Assembly: GCA_030264375.1 (NCBI GenBank)
Contig: JASCQW010000061.1
Coordinates: 105,254,367 to 105,318,366, forward strand
Origin: Carcharhinus longimanus
Taxonomy: Eukaryota
Direction: 5' to 3'
DNA length: 64,000 nucleotides
Shown in pieces: positions 12,791 to 26,400 of the stretch. Each line of letters opens with the position of its first letter. Position 1 is the stretch's first letter. Below the pieces are notes generated by a model. The model saw only the letters and a program-made list of their open reading frames with translations. It ran no database searches and had not been told where the DNA came from. The position numbers were made by a program, and so were the translations under genes.

Positions 12791-13844
12791 ATAGCTAGGA
12801 CCCATCCTGTTGTACACATGTAATGGACTTTTTTTTTCGAAAGTTCATTGGAAAATAATACCTCAACATAAAACCACATCTGGAAGAATCTGAAATAGAA
12901 TCATATCTAAAAATGTGCAAAAAATGCATACTTTCTACGAATAGAATCAAAATATTTGACTGCACAATTTTCCACTGGTTGTGTAAAATCTGCAACAGAA
13001 TCTTGGTGCGAGGAAATTTAAACATGTACTAATTGCTTGACATTTGAGATAGGATTGAAAACTTCTCAAAATATCCTTGAAGATATGGCTTGCAAGATTT
13101 TTAATTGTTCTCCTGGTTTCCCACCAGATAGCAGACTAGCAGAACCGCAAAGATGTAGGGCAGGCTTTTCCAACTGTGCCTGCCCCAAAACTAGTAAATC
13201 CTGCCTGAGTCAATGGACCTTTCCATGGTCCACCCCTCTCCCACTACAATTCTTATGGTGGGCGGAAAGGGAAAATGCCCTGCATTGTTTCTCCCACCAT
13301 TACATCCCCATCTATCTCGGCCCCCCCCCCCCCCCCAATTTTTTATTGAACTACAAGCAATTGTCTATCAGGCAGGCGAGCAGCTACGTGGATGATTTCA
13401 ATACCTTGCACTTTCAGCAGGGATCATTGCTTGTAGGATAGCTCAGGAAGTCAGGGCTAAGATATACTGCGGTGAGTGTTGCTTCCTGCTGGAGTGTCAG
13501 GTTGAAGTATTGCCTCTGACCTTCGGGTAAGCGTTCTGCAAGGCAGCCTTCACGACACACGACAGCGCAGAGTCGCTGAGCAGAGACTGATAGCCAAGTT
13601 CCGCACACATGAGGANNNNNNNNNNNNNNNNNNNNNNNNNNNNNNNNNNNNNNNNNNNNNNNNNNNNNNNNNNNNNNNNNNNNNNNNNNNNNNNNNNNNN
13701 NNNNNNNNNNNNNNNNNNNNNNNNNNNNNNNNNNNNNNNNNNNNNNNNNNNNNNNNNNNNNNNNNNNNNNNNNNNNNNNNNNNNNNNNNNNNNNNNNNNN
13801 NNNNNNNNNNNNNNNNNNNNNNNNNNNNNNNNNNNNNNNNNNNA

Positions 13845-13995
13845 TGCTCTGTCTGAGGTCAGAACTCTCCATTCACCTGACGAAGGGCAAACCCTGAAAG
13901 CTTGTGAGTTTACTATCAAATAAGTTGGTTGGACCTAAACCTGGTGTTGTCTTACTGTGTTTACCCCAGTCCAACGCTGGCATCTCCACATCATA
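13845..13995 (+). mobile_element. Penelope-derived short repeat (pseudo-LTR end), 5' part in gap
   Basis: agaactctccattcacctgacgaaggg...gaaagcttgtg...gttggacctaaacctggtgttg...ccagtccaacgctggcatctccacatcat. Same family as 15617, 32835, 33950 and 52375. Confidence 0.65.
13871..13909 (+). ncRNA. Minimal type I hammerhead ribozyme motif with intact catalytic core
   Basis: Stem I AUUCAC/GUGAGU; core CUGACGA (13877-13883); stem II AGGG-caaa-CCCU; GAAA (13896-13899); palindromic AAGCUU in place of stem III; predicted cleavage after U13903. Confidence 0.7.
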
Positions 13996-15616
13996 GTAAA
14001 TGATACCATTGTGAATACTTTAGTGATCGAGGCAAAGTGACATCCTGCATTTGTGAACACTGCTAAATGATGCTCCTTTTGTTATCTCAGAGAATATGGA
14101 TGCAGCCTGCTCACCCCTCTGGTTATATGGCATTCAACAATCTGGTGTCCAGCCTTTTTGTGCAAGGATCCACATCTGAGAATGTGTGCTTTGCGTATTA
14201 TCAGGGGCAGCTTCTGTTACTAGGACATGTACCACAGACAAGGGCTCTGGCGGAGGTACCAGTGAAGTAGCGCAATATGAGGGTGTTGAAATGTTGTCGG
14301 AACCCTCTTCCTTCCCAATGCTACAGCCCAGGCTGGCTTTCAGGCAAAGTAAATAAAGCTTCCAGTCTCCGTTGTGCCACTAGCACAAATGTTGTGTTGT
14401 GGGCAGGCAGTCCTCACATGCTCCATGGAGATTTGTGCTCATGCTCTGAGCAGCCTACTCCTGCTAATGACTGAGCCTTGATCCTTTGCAGGATTTCACA
14501 CTGTTTTTGAATACACCTTATGTGATACCACCTCACCATGAGATCAACTATTCTGTTATTGATGGAGCTCATGCGATTGAGCTTCCAAGACATAGTCAAG
14601 CCTATCACCATGTTTGAGCCTTCCACTCAAAGTGTGTGAATTCTCGTTGTCCGTGCATCTGCTGCTCCAAGTATTGTACCCCGTTAAGTGCCTCCAATGC
14701 TTAGTGGAGTATCCCAGTGACTGCTTTTCCTCCTCCAAGGGTGACCACGCACAGATGATTTTTCACTGCATGCCACCAACTCCAAACACAAATCCCTCTC
14801 AGGTGTGAATATCTTTGGTGGTGGACTGAGAGCTGGTCAGACGTAATGGATTTTCTCGGACAGCTTTTACTGATGATCAAGGAATGAACTGAACACTGCC
14901 CATGGCCCCCTCCCCCCGCCCCCCCACCCACTCCCAGTTGTGATCTGTGTGGTACACACAAGAGGGGTGATTTTGAGCCTGAAAAGAACCTCTGCAGGAA
15001 TTGTGATGTGTGCTCAAAATCCAGAGAGCGTGATTTGTGCTGGCAAGTTTCTGAGTTCCGATCTTACTGGCCCCTCGCCAATGGAGTGGCATGAAACATG
15101 CTGCGGGACTGCAGAGAGCTCATTTTAGCGCATTAGCACATCATTAGGGAGCACTCTGTCGGGAATTTACCCCCGCACCGGTTATTCAGTGGACACCAGT
15201 GTGATGTCACGCCAGTGCCGTTTACAACTAGCCTACATAAACGTGCATCTGGCGCCTTCACCTTGGAGGGGGAGTTTGGAGGTGAGCGCTCCGGCAACCA
15301 GGACCGTCCGCAGTGTGCACTGTTCAGGCAATACCAAAGAGGATTGGGGGACACAGATAAGTTCAACTCGGGTCCAGAGGTGGGGGGGTCCCAGAATTTC
15401 GGAGAGGGGGCTCAAGAGGAGTCATTCGCGGGCCTTAGCTTTGTTTTATGTCAGGGCACCCCTTGTTCTAAAGGGGCTGCGAGGGCCAATCTGCAGGCAG
15501 CATTTCCTGTGTCCCCCTTCCAGGATTTCTGTCCATACCACAGCTGAGGGAGTGCACTTCCTTACTGGGGACTGGAAAGAGGATGGGAGAGATACAGCAT
15601 TGCCATTCTCACACTC

Positions 15617-15656
15617 TTACTGTGTTTACCTGAGTCCAACGCCGGCATCTCCACAT
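15617..15656 (+). mobile_element. 40-bp 5'-truncated insertion of the Penelope-derived repeat terminus with 13-bp TSD
   Basis: ttactgtgtttacctgagtccaacgccggcatctccacat flanked by cattctcacactc at 15604-15616 and 15657-15669. Confidence 0.7.
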
Positions 15657-17159
15657 CATTCTCACACTCCACAGGGATGGGGCAGCGGGTGAGCGTGGTG
15701 GTTCCTCCAAGCTTGGTTGCATGAACACACAAGGTAGAAGCTCTGTGGGTGAACAGAGTGAAATTTATTGTTAAATGTTCAAAAGAAAGTGGTGACCTAT
15801 CTACATTAGTACCTACATTTACCTGGGCTCACTAATAAGTGCCTAAGGTTTCTTAATCTTTCTGAACTTATCAATACGTCTAGGTGTCTCCCCAGTTTTC
15901 ACAGCTGAGGTTGAGGCAGCCTGCTGATTTCCACACCCTTTTGCCTGACTTTGGTGGCTGTGCCCTGGGGGGCCGGGACCTTGAGGGTCCAGACCAGCTA
16001 TTGGGAAGCAGAGATGTTTGACTGCTTCCCTCTTCAGTGTAGCACACCAGAAATCGGGGGTGGTGGGGGGAGGGGGTGCGTATGTGTGAGTCAGATGGGC
16101 TACAGATGCCCAGGGTCCCTGGCTGGATGTCCGTCCCTTTCCCTTGGGGCTCCTGTGTATCCTTCTGTTCCTCCATGTGATGAAGGGGCAGCTGCAGTGA
16201 GATCTAGAAACCCCGCCGTCCTCTGGCATTGATACACGTGGATTCCCACCAGTGCCTGCACCATGCAGCCAAAGCCACCCACCATGGTGTGGACATCTCA
16301 TGCCATGGAGTGCATTTGCTGCACCAAGGTCTTCATTGTGGATGCCGACCTCACAGTGTTGGCCTCGGTGAGCCGCTGTGACGGCACCATCTCCTTGGAT
16401 GGAAGGTAACGGGACTCCTCCAATCGGGGGAGGGCTGCTGTCATCTACTTCCTGATACTTGCGAACTCACCTTTACAGCTCTAGGAGCTGTGGGATGGTT
16501 GTACACCATGGCTCCCCTCTTTTCCCACACCCCATTTGACTGCAATAGTCTCTTTGTTAAAACAGATAACAGATTCAGTTAGCATTTAACTGTTTACATG
16601 CTGTGATCATAAAATGTAATCAGAGAGGTCTTCTTGAGTTTTAACAAAGTATCTTGATGCGGTGCTTATGGATGAGGGGGATGGTTTATATAAAGCAGGT
16701 TTTCATGACAGTGCCAAGGGGGAGATGATGCTGTTAGTGCTTGAAACAAATTGGGAAGTTGGTTTGAAGGAAAGGGGGTACGAAGAGTGCATTGCATGAT
16801 ACAAATTCCATTAAGGCGGCTGATGTGGAAATGCACTTCCTCTCAAAATGTCTAAGTCATATTTTAGTTATGTCCTTGGGCAAAAGCTTACCAAAAAATG
16901 GAAAAATGTTGACTCTGGCGCAAAAAATGGGCTGTTTCCTACCGATGGTACGTTTCAAGCTGAACCTTATGCCTCATGAACGTTAGTTTTTATCGAGATT
17001 CACATGCTCTTCCCTCTGATTCTCCTGTCCCATAATGGCTTAACTGCTGCAAGCACTGGGAGCTCCATGTAAATGGCACCCAGAATGCCCAGCACTTGTT
17101 CCACAATGACTACAGGAGATGGCAGGCTCAAAGGCAGCACTGTGCTTTTTAGAGGGGAC

Positions 17160-17412
17160 CCTTCTTGAGAAGGTGAGAGGGCATGGGATCCAAGGGCCTT
17201 TGGCCTTGTGGATCAAGAACTGGCTTGCCTGCAGAANNNNNNNNNNNNNNNNNNNNNNNNNNNNNNNNNNNNNNNNNNNNNNNNNNNNNNNNNNNNNNNN
17301 NNNNNNNNNNNNNNNNNNNNNNNNNNNNNNNNNNNNGTGTTGATGTGATCGGCGCAACTCGTGGGCCGAAGGGCCTGTTTGTGCTGTAGTGTTCTATGTT
17401 CTATGTTCTATG
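17160..17412 (+). mobile_element. CR1/HER1 LINE fragment spanning a gap
   Basis: LLEKVRGHGIQGPLALWIKNWLACR (CR1 RT) before the gap; 3' tail ggcgcaactcgtgggccgaagggcctgtt...(ttctatg)n after it. Confidence 0.75.
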
Positions 17413-19869
17413 ACCCTCACATGCTGGATGGAGTGGAGCAGATGCACTCTAATCCCACTCCAGGAGATGGTCTTCCAGCAGGTTCATCACCTCCGCCTGG
17501 GATGCAGTGGCAGCCCTGGTCATTGCAAGTGCACTCCAGAAGAGGATGGGACAGCAGTGACAGCAGTGAAGAATATGAATGATTTCTTCACTCAGCCAGG
17601 GTTAAAGAGGTTGCACTGAGCAGAGAAGAGCACAGTACTCAGTGAAAACACCCACTGAGGCCAGATTGTTGTTGGTGGGGAGGGAGGCCAGATTGCTCAC
17701 TGCGGTGCGGGGGGTGCAGTTAATATGTCCTAAAATGAAAAATACCTGTGGAAGTCACAAGGGAAACACGAGTGAAATCAGTGTGGAATTAGCCACTGGT
17801 GAAGCAAATGATCAAGTTCAAATTTCAAACTCAACACCTCAGCTTCAGAACTCGCTGAGGACAAGGTGCAGGAGGAAATCCCAGACACCCTACAGAGATT
17901 TAGAACAACGTTGTCACCCACTTTCATCCTAGAAAGATTTATCAAGTACCAGACACAAATCTATTAAATCTTTGGATTGTGGACACAGCAATGAAAGGTT
18001 TTAGGACTTTACAGGCAGGTCAACTGAGCAGTAATGGATGTTTGCATAGTACAAGCCTGAGAGCTGAGCATTCGCACTACAGCAGCATGTGGAATTCCAC
18101 CTCCTCAAATATTGATACATTAAACTTGAATTGCCATTAAATCCAAAACCTGCAAAAAACTGAATGACTGTTGGTATTAAAATACCATCACCACAAGTTA
18201 GTGAGAACCCAAATCCCCTAGATCCATACATAACAAGATTTAGAAGGAAAAAAGCCAAGAGGCACTAGGTGTCAGAAAAAATGCTTCCTTTAAACTAGAC
18301 ACCAAAACCAAAGAAGTTTAATTGAAATTGTACCTTGTCCAAAGAAGGTGATGACAGATTTGTACATAGATTGAGCAGAGGTGTGGAAGTGTAAAGTTGA
18401 TAAGTGAGTGTCAAAGGCATGTTTATTTTTTTTTGTAAACCACTTTTTCATGAAATGTTAACATGGCCACATTTCATTGTGCTGAGGAGGTAGTATGAAT
18501 ACCTGCCTTCTGTAAAAAGAAATGAATCTACTGGCTAGAAATCCCTAAAAGATTTCTTTTTAAAAAGGGTCTAAGTTTACAGCTAGAATTGACAAAACAA
18601 ATTTATATCACTGAACCTTCTACATTCCAACGCTATAGAGATGGAGTCTACCTGATTACAAAAATTCATCAATGACAATGACCCTAACAACAGCGTGCTT
18701 GAAAGTGCCTCGAATACAACTTTTGATACCCATATTGTAGATCAATAGGTGTGATCTACCATCTCCCATATTGAATGTGGAGGGCACCCTTGCCATTTTC
18801 ATTGCTGTTTCCTCAACCCTTAGCCGCACTGACCATGCTGGGTCATCTCTTTGGCATTGTGAATCCTCTTCTACAAGTACAAAATTTGGAGTGATTAAGC
18901 CCACCGTATCCTGCTTCCAGGGATCAATGTGGCGGTGGAATACAGTGGGCAATTACATGTCACTTCATAACTACTTGGACTTACATGACTGTCTTGGCCA
19001 TACCTTTCCTATAACATGGATGAGTTATATTTCAAGTGTGCCCAGGGTATGTTGGTCAATCAACTGTCAACCAGCACAGCAACAGGGACATTTGTCATAC
19101 ACTGGTTCATAGAACCACTTGTGGCACTGGATCCATGAATAATGTTGTTCCTTTACTGCATTCACCATGGATTACCTGCCAAGCTCACTTCATTATGCTG
19201 GGAGCATTCGTCCTTCCTCTGGGATACAGAAATGGGTTATACTTTCTAGTTCAGAATATAAAGATATTGGCCACAGAATGGGGGATGCCTTCCACCCCAC
19301 TCCTTCTGAAGCAGTGCTCTTCTGAGTGTTCTGACATCAATCCAAAGAAAGCACGTGGGGGTGGTTGGGGGTGGGGCGGGGCACATTGAGAGGGTGTTCT
19401 GGTGTGAATGCTGGATGTCCTGGCATTACTTATCATACCAGCCTGGCATGGTGTATTTCTGTGCACACATGCTGCTGCTGCTGGCCTGCTTCCTCTGTGT
19501 CACAATTGTCTGCAATGACAATGTGCTACTTTGAGAGTAAAGGACAAGTTATGTTAGGCATCATTACACTCTATAGTTTCTTATGGAATGTTCATGAAGG
19601 TCCCTCTCTTCCATTGTTGAAAGACATCTCTTCCCAAGAACCAGTAACACTTCAACAGTTTCCTCCGCCACAGCAGGAACTTCCTCTGGGGAGGCCCGTT
19701 ATATTTGGCCCGAAATGTAATCTGTCCTCCTCTACATCAGGCCCCACCTCCACCTCCAACCCATGTCCCAGATCAGTGGATCTGACTCTATCCCTCCCTA
19801 CCCCCTTAGAGTGGAAGTTGTGCACTTTGGGTCACTTTTTAATGGAGTTGAATCCAGCAGTCAAGCTTT

Positions 19870-20230
19870 CTGCCTAGGTCGCACTAGCTTCAGTAATGGT
19901 GCCATGAAACTATCAATGATTGTCATGAAAATCCATCTGATTCAATAATGTCCTTTAGGAAAGGATACTGCCAATCTTACTTGGTCTGACTCCTGACCTA
20001 CTGCAATGTTATTGACTTTTAACTGTCCTCCGAAATGCCCTCGCCAGCCCCACAGATCTACCAAACTAAAATGTCAAAAAGAAACAGACAGACCATATGG
20101 CTTTTCTCCCTTCCTAACAGCACAGTGGGTGTACCTGCATCAGACAGACAGCAGTACTTCAAGAAAGTGGCTCACCACCATCTTCTCAAAGGCAGCAAAA
20201 CTGGCTTTGCCTGCGACGTCCACATGAAAG
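19870..20230 (+). mobile_element. SacSINE1/Deu-like SINE fragment
   Basis: gtcctttaggaaagga...ccaatcttacttggtctgac...caatgttattgactttta actg...aagaaagtggctcaccaccatcttctcaa; reverse complement of the 48490 family. Confidence 0.5.
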
Positions 20231-20385
20231 AACTTTTTAAAATTCTCTGATTTTCTAAAGTTAAGGGCTAATTCTGTGATTTCACCTTCATTGAAAGAAG
20301 CCAGCCCTATGAGTACTTTTCTGTTGGAACAATGGGTTGTAGAATTGCCTCAGTTGTAAGTTGAAGTTCTTGTGCAGATTCTAAG

Positions 20386-20745
20386 TCATAAAATCATAGA
20401 ATTCCAACAGTGAAGAAGAGGCCATTTGGCCCATCATGTCTGCAGTGACTCTCTGACAGAATATCTTACTGACCCTCTCTGCCACCCTATCCCAGTAACC
20501 TCACACATTTAATGTAGCTAATCCAACTGACCTCTACATCTTAAGACACTACGGGGCAAAATTTTGCATGGCCAGTCTACCTAACCTGCACATCTTTGGG
20601 CTGTGGGAGGAAACCGGAGCACCTGGAGGAAGCCCACGCAGACACGAGGAGAACGTACAGACTCCACAGTCATGCAAGGCTGGAATCGAACCTAGGTCCC
20701 TGGAACTGTGAGGCAGCAGTGCTAACAATTATGTCACTGTGCCAT
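20386..20745 (-). mobile_element. HE1-type V-SINE (tRNA-derived, CR1/HER1 tail)
   Basis: ctgtgggaggaaaccggagcacctggaggaagcccacgcagacacg...gtgaggcagcagtgctaac is the reverse complement of the HE1 core and tRNA head. Confidence 0.85.
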
Positions 20746-21056
20746 GGTGGAGCAGAATTCTCGCAAAATATTTGTAAGTGTCATTACAGTGAGAATAATA
20801 GTTGGGAGTTCGTGCCAGCACTGGTGGGAACGTGGCCTAAACGTGCCAGGAAGTCTGGCTTCTGACCGCTTTGCTGCTGATTTTAAGGCCATCATTCTCA
20901 GAGGGCACTGTAAAACCCTCTTCCTTCCCCAAGGACATTGAGACTACCACCTCCTCTTCCCCACCTCCCTCCTTGCCCTACCCACCCTAATTGGTGGCAT
21001 GTTCCCCCTCCTAGACTCATTGCCAGCATTGGTGCCCTCCCAATGGGTTACAATGC

Positions 21057-21460
21057 GGAACAATGGCATAGCAGTTAGCACTAGTGCCTCACAGCGCCAG
21101 GGACCTGAGTTCAATTCCAGCCTCGGGTCACTGTCTGTGTGGAGTTTGTACATTCTCCCCATGTCTGCGTGTGTTTCCTCTGGGTGGTGTGGTTTCCTCC
21201 CACAATCCAAAGGTGGTTTGATTGGCCATGTTAAATTGCCCCTTGGTGTCCCAAGATGCGTAGGTTAAAAGGTTTAGCAGAATCTGCACAAGAACTTCAA
21301 CATGCAACTGAGGCAATTCTACAATTATAAATGTTAGAGCTTTACTGGGATAGGGTGGGGAAAGAACCTGGATAAGACACTCTGTCAGAGAGAGTCGGCG
21401 AAGAATTGATGGGCCAAATAGCTTCCTTCTGCACTGTAGGGATTCCATGATGTTATGATC
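21057..21460 (+). mobile_element. HE1-type V-SINE (with short internal insertion)
   Basis: ggcatagcagttagcactagtgcctcacagcgccagggacctgagttcaattcc (A/B boxes), then gtctgtgtggagtttg...ggtttcctcccaca core and a ctgcactgtagggattc tail. Confidence 0.85.
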
Positions 21461-21479
21461 TTACAGCATTTCCTCTGGA

Positions 21480-23495
21480 GCCCCCTTTGGATCTCTTCTT
21501 GGTCACCTCTTATTTCTCATCTGTGTTCTCATCATCCAAATGCTCAATATCAGGTTGCACATGTACACTGATGATACCCAGTACTGTAGGTACACCACAT
21601 CTCCAGATTCCTCCACTTCTCCTGAGTTGTCTCACTGCTTGTTCGACTTCTTATATTAGTTGAGCAGAAATTTCTTCCAGTTAAATTTTGGGATGACTAA
21701 TTTTAACCAAACCCACATATTAGGAAACTGACAGGATCAGGTTGAAACATTGATTTGATACCCCAGTCAATTCTACATGCTGTTGACTTGGAGAAAATTG
21801 ACCCTGCTGTAGAAACATGTAGAAATGATTTTATGCACTGAGTTGTAATCTGGAGTTCTGGAATGCATTCTGGCTGAAAGGATGGTGAAAACAGATTCAA
21901 GGAAATTGAAAAATATTTGAAGGAAAAGCAATTATAGGACTGTGGGGAAAGAGGAGGAATGGACTCTACCAGGTAAATGGCCTTTCCTGTACTGTATCAT
22001 TCTGTGGCCTGGATTTTGCAGTCGCCAGTGAAGTAACATTGCTCCAAGTTGATGTCATAATCCCAAAGATCTAGTTTTATCTGTCGCATTGGTTTCAGCC
22101 TTCCTAGCATACATTTCATTTTGATATCAACTTCAGGGATCTTTGCCACCTCGCAACAGTGATGTCATCAAACGGGCTAAGCAACCAATCATGTCGAATA
22201 ACTCTCAAAGACAGGAAATCAGGAAGTAACAAGCAAATTTAAATGATTCTTTTTTAATAAATTTTACAGAAAAACAATATAGAGATGAGGATATGCATAT
22301 TGGATCACAGAGAATATTCAAAATAGATGTTGATAGGTTTTGGAAGCAAAGGGAATCAGGGAATTTGGAGGTAAAGTGGGCAGGTCAAATTCAAGTAAAG
22401 GATCAGTCGTGAATTCTGAATGGTGGAGAAGACTGGAAGGGCTCATGCTTGTTACATTCTTGTGAAGGTAGATATTGGCATATCTGAAACAAACTTCATT
22501 TTTTAGTTTTAAAAATCTGTGGACTTTTATTCACAATGGAGAAACTTGATATTACACAATTATGCAATTGGATTTTTAGACCTCAGAGAGGTTATTCGAC
22601 AATAATTAAAATCCTCTGTATACCCATTCAATGAGTTGTAATTTTTTCAAGGGTACTTGCAAGTAAAATAATAGTGTAGAAAATGGAAGAATACTTGAAT
22701 TCACGCAACTTATAAGATTTCCATCTATGAGTATTTGAACAGTACACTCTGCACCCAATGGAGGAGAGAAGTCTCACTGAGCAATTTCTGCACTTAACTG
22801 GATACACGTGGACTCGAGATGTTTCTGTTAGATTCAGGTTGAACCTACAGTTTCATCATCACTATAACTGCAAAATCTATCACAAAGACCATCTGTTCCA
22901 TCTCTGGGAAACCACCAGCCTCCACCCCGGAATCAACTAGTGTTTTGCTAACACTCTCATCATTACCTTTGTTACCTGCAGACTCAACAATTCCAATGCC
23001 CTAATGTCTGGTCTCCCAACTTGCATCCTTTGTAAACTTAATTTCATCAAAAGCTCTGCTGCCTGTATCCTAACCAGTACCCGGTCCCATTCTCACACCA
23101 CTACATTAGTCAATGACCTGCATAGTTTGAAAACACCTCCATTTTGAAATTCACATCCTTATTTTCAAATTTCTCCATGGCCATGTCCCTTCCTATTACT
23201 ATAACCTCCTCCAGTGCTACAATTTTCCTAAATCTCTGTGATCTTTCAATATTGATCTTTGGTGGAACCCTGATGTTGATTGACCCACCATTGGTTATGC
23301 TTTCAGCTGTCTCTGCCCTAACTCTGGAATTCCTTCCTTAAATCTCTCTGCTTTCTTCTTTTAACATCCTCATTAAAGCCTAGTTCTTTGACCAAGATTT
23401 TGTTCACCTAGCCTAATATTTCATCTTGTAGTTTGGTGAAGCACCTTGGGATACTTTACCATGTTAAAGGTGCTGTATGTGGCAAGTTATTATTA
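21480..23495 (+). mobile_element. L2 LINE remnant in two pieces (about 21480-21700 and 22900-23495) separated by later insertions, including a CR1 tail at about 22310-22465
   Basis: atgtacactgatgatacccag (MYTDDTQ, degenerate YADDTQ); tttgttacctgcagactcaacaattccaatgcc; L2 3' end gaagcaccttgggatactttaccatgttaaaggtgct. Confidence 0.6.
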
Positions 23496-26400
23496 ATGTT
23501 GTTTAGAAAGGCAGAAGATATATTTAAAGCCTGTCTGAGCCTTTAAAAAAAAACTGCAACATTTGTTTTGTATTTTTAAATTGCCATATCCTTTCCATTT
23601 TGAGCTGTTTACCTTGAAAAGCTATCTGTACATTGCCCGCAGAGACAGGAGTATATAATACAAATATCTGTAGGGTAGCTTGAGAGGAATCCATGAGGCC
23701 CTCTTGTTGTTTTGTGACTTTAGTCACATGCAGTCGCTCCAAGCAATGCAAGCATTGCAGAATTGGCTTGATAAGACTGGAAGTTTCGCTGATGCTATGG
23801 AGTATTACAGAGTCATTTTAAGGCAGAATATTACCACAAGTTAGCCCCTTCAATTTGTATTAATGATCATATTAATAGTCCAAGTTACAAATGCTGCAAG
23901 GTGAACTGTAAAGATTTACGGATCAAAAGTTGAACCCGGCATGTATCTTTGTAATCTTGTGCTTAAGCTACTAATGACAACATTTAAAAGTGATTAAATG
24001 CTGTACATTGCTGTTTAATTGCATTTTTGTAATAGATTTAATGGGCTCCCCAAGCCACAAGGGAAAACACAAGATTAGTAATGGGCAAAGCAGATTTTGT
24101 AGAAATGGACTTTTGTTTCTCTCTGCACAGATGCCACCTGACCCATTGAGTGTTTCCAGGATTTCCTCTTGTTCCCTCATTTGCTTTGTTTTGTGAAAAA
24201 CAGCTATGTCAATTTCCTTATATTTTACAAAAACATGGGTGATGTGTTCTTCTATGCCATTATTTTTTGCAATAAAGATACACTTAAAGCGGGCACAGAT
24301 AGTACAAAAGCAATAATAAACTATTTGCATCATGACTAATTATTGCATGCATTCTAAAATGTAATTGTCAAAATTAGCAAAAAGCATGTTGTATTTTGCT
24401 TAGTGTAGGCCTGATTGAAACTCAATGAAAAAAATTAGATGAACCTGAAATTAGCTTAAGGAAGAACAAAACTCCAAAGTACCTTCACGGTGCAGACACA
24501 AGTGAATAAAGTAGGCGAGCTTTCTGCTTCACAGCATGTGTGCAGCTGCTATTTCCTGGCATCATTTATTATAGCAAGAGATCTAATATTGAATCTGGGG
24601 TTATCTCTATGCTGGCATTTCTGGTCTAATATGATAGTGTATTTGACTATGCAGCAAAATATATTTACAGTAATTTCCATTCCAAAGGTCTACCCCCACA
24701 AAGATGACAGTCAGCAACTAGAAAGAACTTGCAGTGGAGCATCTACGTTACAAATCAAATGGCACAAATCACTGTGACAATGTCATAAATTACAGCCAAA
24801 TATTACTGTTAAACAAAGCAGCGAAAATCCCATTAATACCCACTCTGACATGTTCAGTGATCAAGAAACTAATGGGAAAAATTGCAGTATCTCTCTGGGA
24901 CTAATTTCCGTATACTGTCTTCTCTGGCCTGGAAATTCTGCAGACTGTTGTGATATTGCTTTTTAGTATGTGCAGCTAAACATACTGATTAACATACAAT
25001 ATTTAAATGGCTTGCTATTAATCATGAGGGGAAGTGATGCAAGGTTATATGTGATATAACGGTTGAAGCGGTATTGATCAGCAGGTAACACAGGCTGGAG
25101 TTTCACTCCTCAGTTTGGTGGCTTGAGTCAAGAAATTCTCCAGCTTAGTGCACTCACCTCAGGAAAAGTGCTCCCAATGTCACATTTTTTTGCTGCAGAG
25201 GAAACAGTGCAGGATAGAGTCAGGCTGGCTGCTTCCACGCAGATTGGAGGTAGCCACAGGGCTGCCAAATGCCAAGGCCGCTATTTCAAAGACTTGCCTC
25301 AGTTCTCTCAGACTTCATCCCAGTTGTTTTGCTAAATATTAGAATCTATAACCCTGACCCTCCACACCCATCACCCACTCCCCATTCCCACCCATGCCAT
25401 CCTCCATGATCTCGTCCATGCCAGCTTGCCCAGTATCTACCATGACCTTGAACTATACTGAGATGAACTATAGTAAAGCACAAAATATCTATTAAAATTT
25501 CACGATTGAAAAAAACACTCCCATTCAAATATTTAAAAATTCCTAAGTATATAATCCCTTAGCAAAACAACAGATGTTTTCATAACCCCAAATCAAGCCA
25601 CTTAATCATGTAAAAAAAATTTGAGCTGTTGATCAAATTATGAACATATATGAGTTATGAACCTGCTGAGATAATTGTAGTTTGTGAAGAGCAAGTAACC
25701 ATTAATAATGATACAATGATAGCCCTTGGTAATGTCAACAAACAAGTTTTGCAACTAGGAGAACATTTTCAGCTCTCACTCAGCTGGATTGGATTTTTTT
25801 CCAATTTTTTAAAGGACTGTACATTTAACTAACTTCACTGCTTGAGCTTTTTCAACTCTCATTGATACAGGCAGATTGATTTAAATAATTTGACAGTTCT
25901 GCACACTTTATCTGCCATTCATGAGCAATTGTGCCTCCTGCATAAACTTGTGGCACCCACACTGCAGGTTAAGATCCTTATTACAATGGAAATGGGGGCC
26001 AGAATTCTCTGGTCATTTACACCTCATCACCAATGAGAATGGAGAATTTGGGGCTCAGCCAAATCTTTGTTCACTGCAGTGAGATTGAAGCACCCCATCT
26101 GCAGGCAAGGTCAGATCATCTGGTCCAAGGTCTGTTTGAACTCATCATTGAATTCAAAGGTGCATAGAATCTCCATGACTAAGCAAAAGTCTGGCTCCAC
26201 ATGTATGAAAAGCTCTCCTGAAAGATCCTTTCATTTAGCTTATCAATCTTTGTCATAATATTTTTGAGCCAAGAACCAACAATGCAACATGATGGTAGCT
26301 TATGTACATATAGTGGCAGCAATCACAAATCAATTACATTGTTGTACAACAGAAGAAACCTTAAAGCCTGGGATAAAACTGACATTCTGCTGGAAGCAGC

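Noticed and set aside
14000-17160. Many overlapping 60-170 aa ORFs in GC-rich sequence
   Set aside because: No recognisable domain or splice-phase fit. Probably decayed GC-rich (possibly Harbinger-related) repeats, but I could not assign them confidently.
17640-19870. ORFs of 85-170 aa
   Set aside because: No recognisable motif or exon boundaries; probably old transposon debris.
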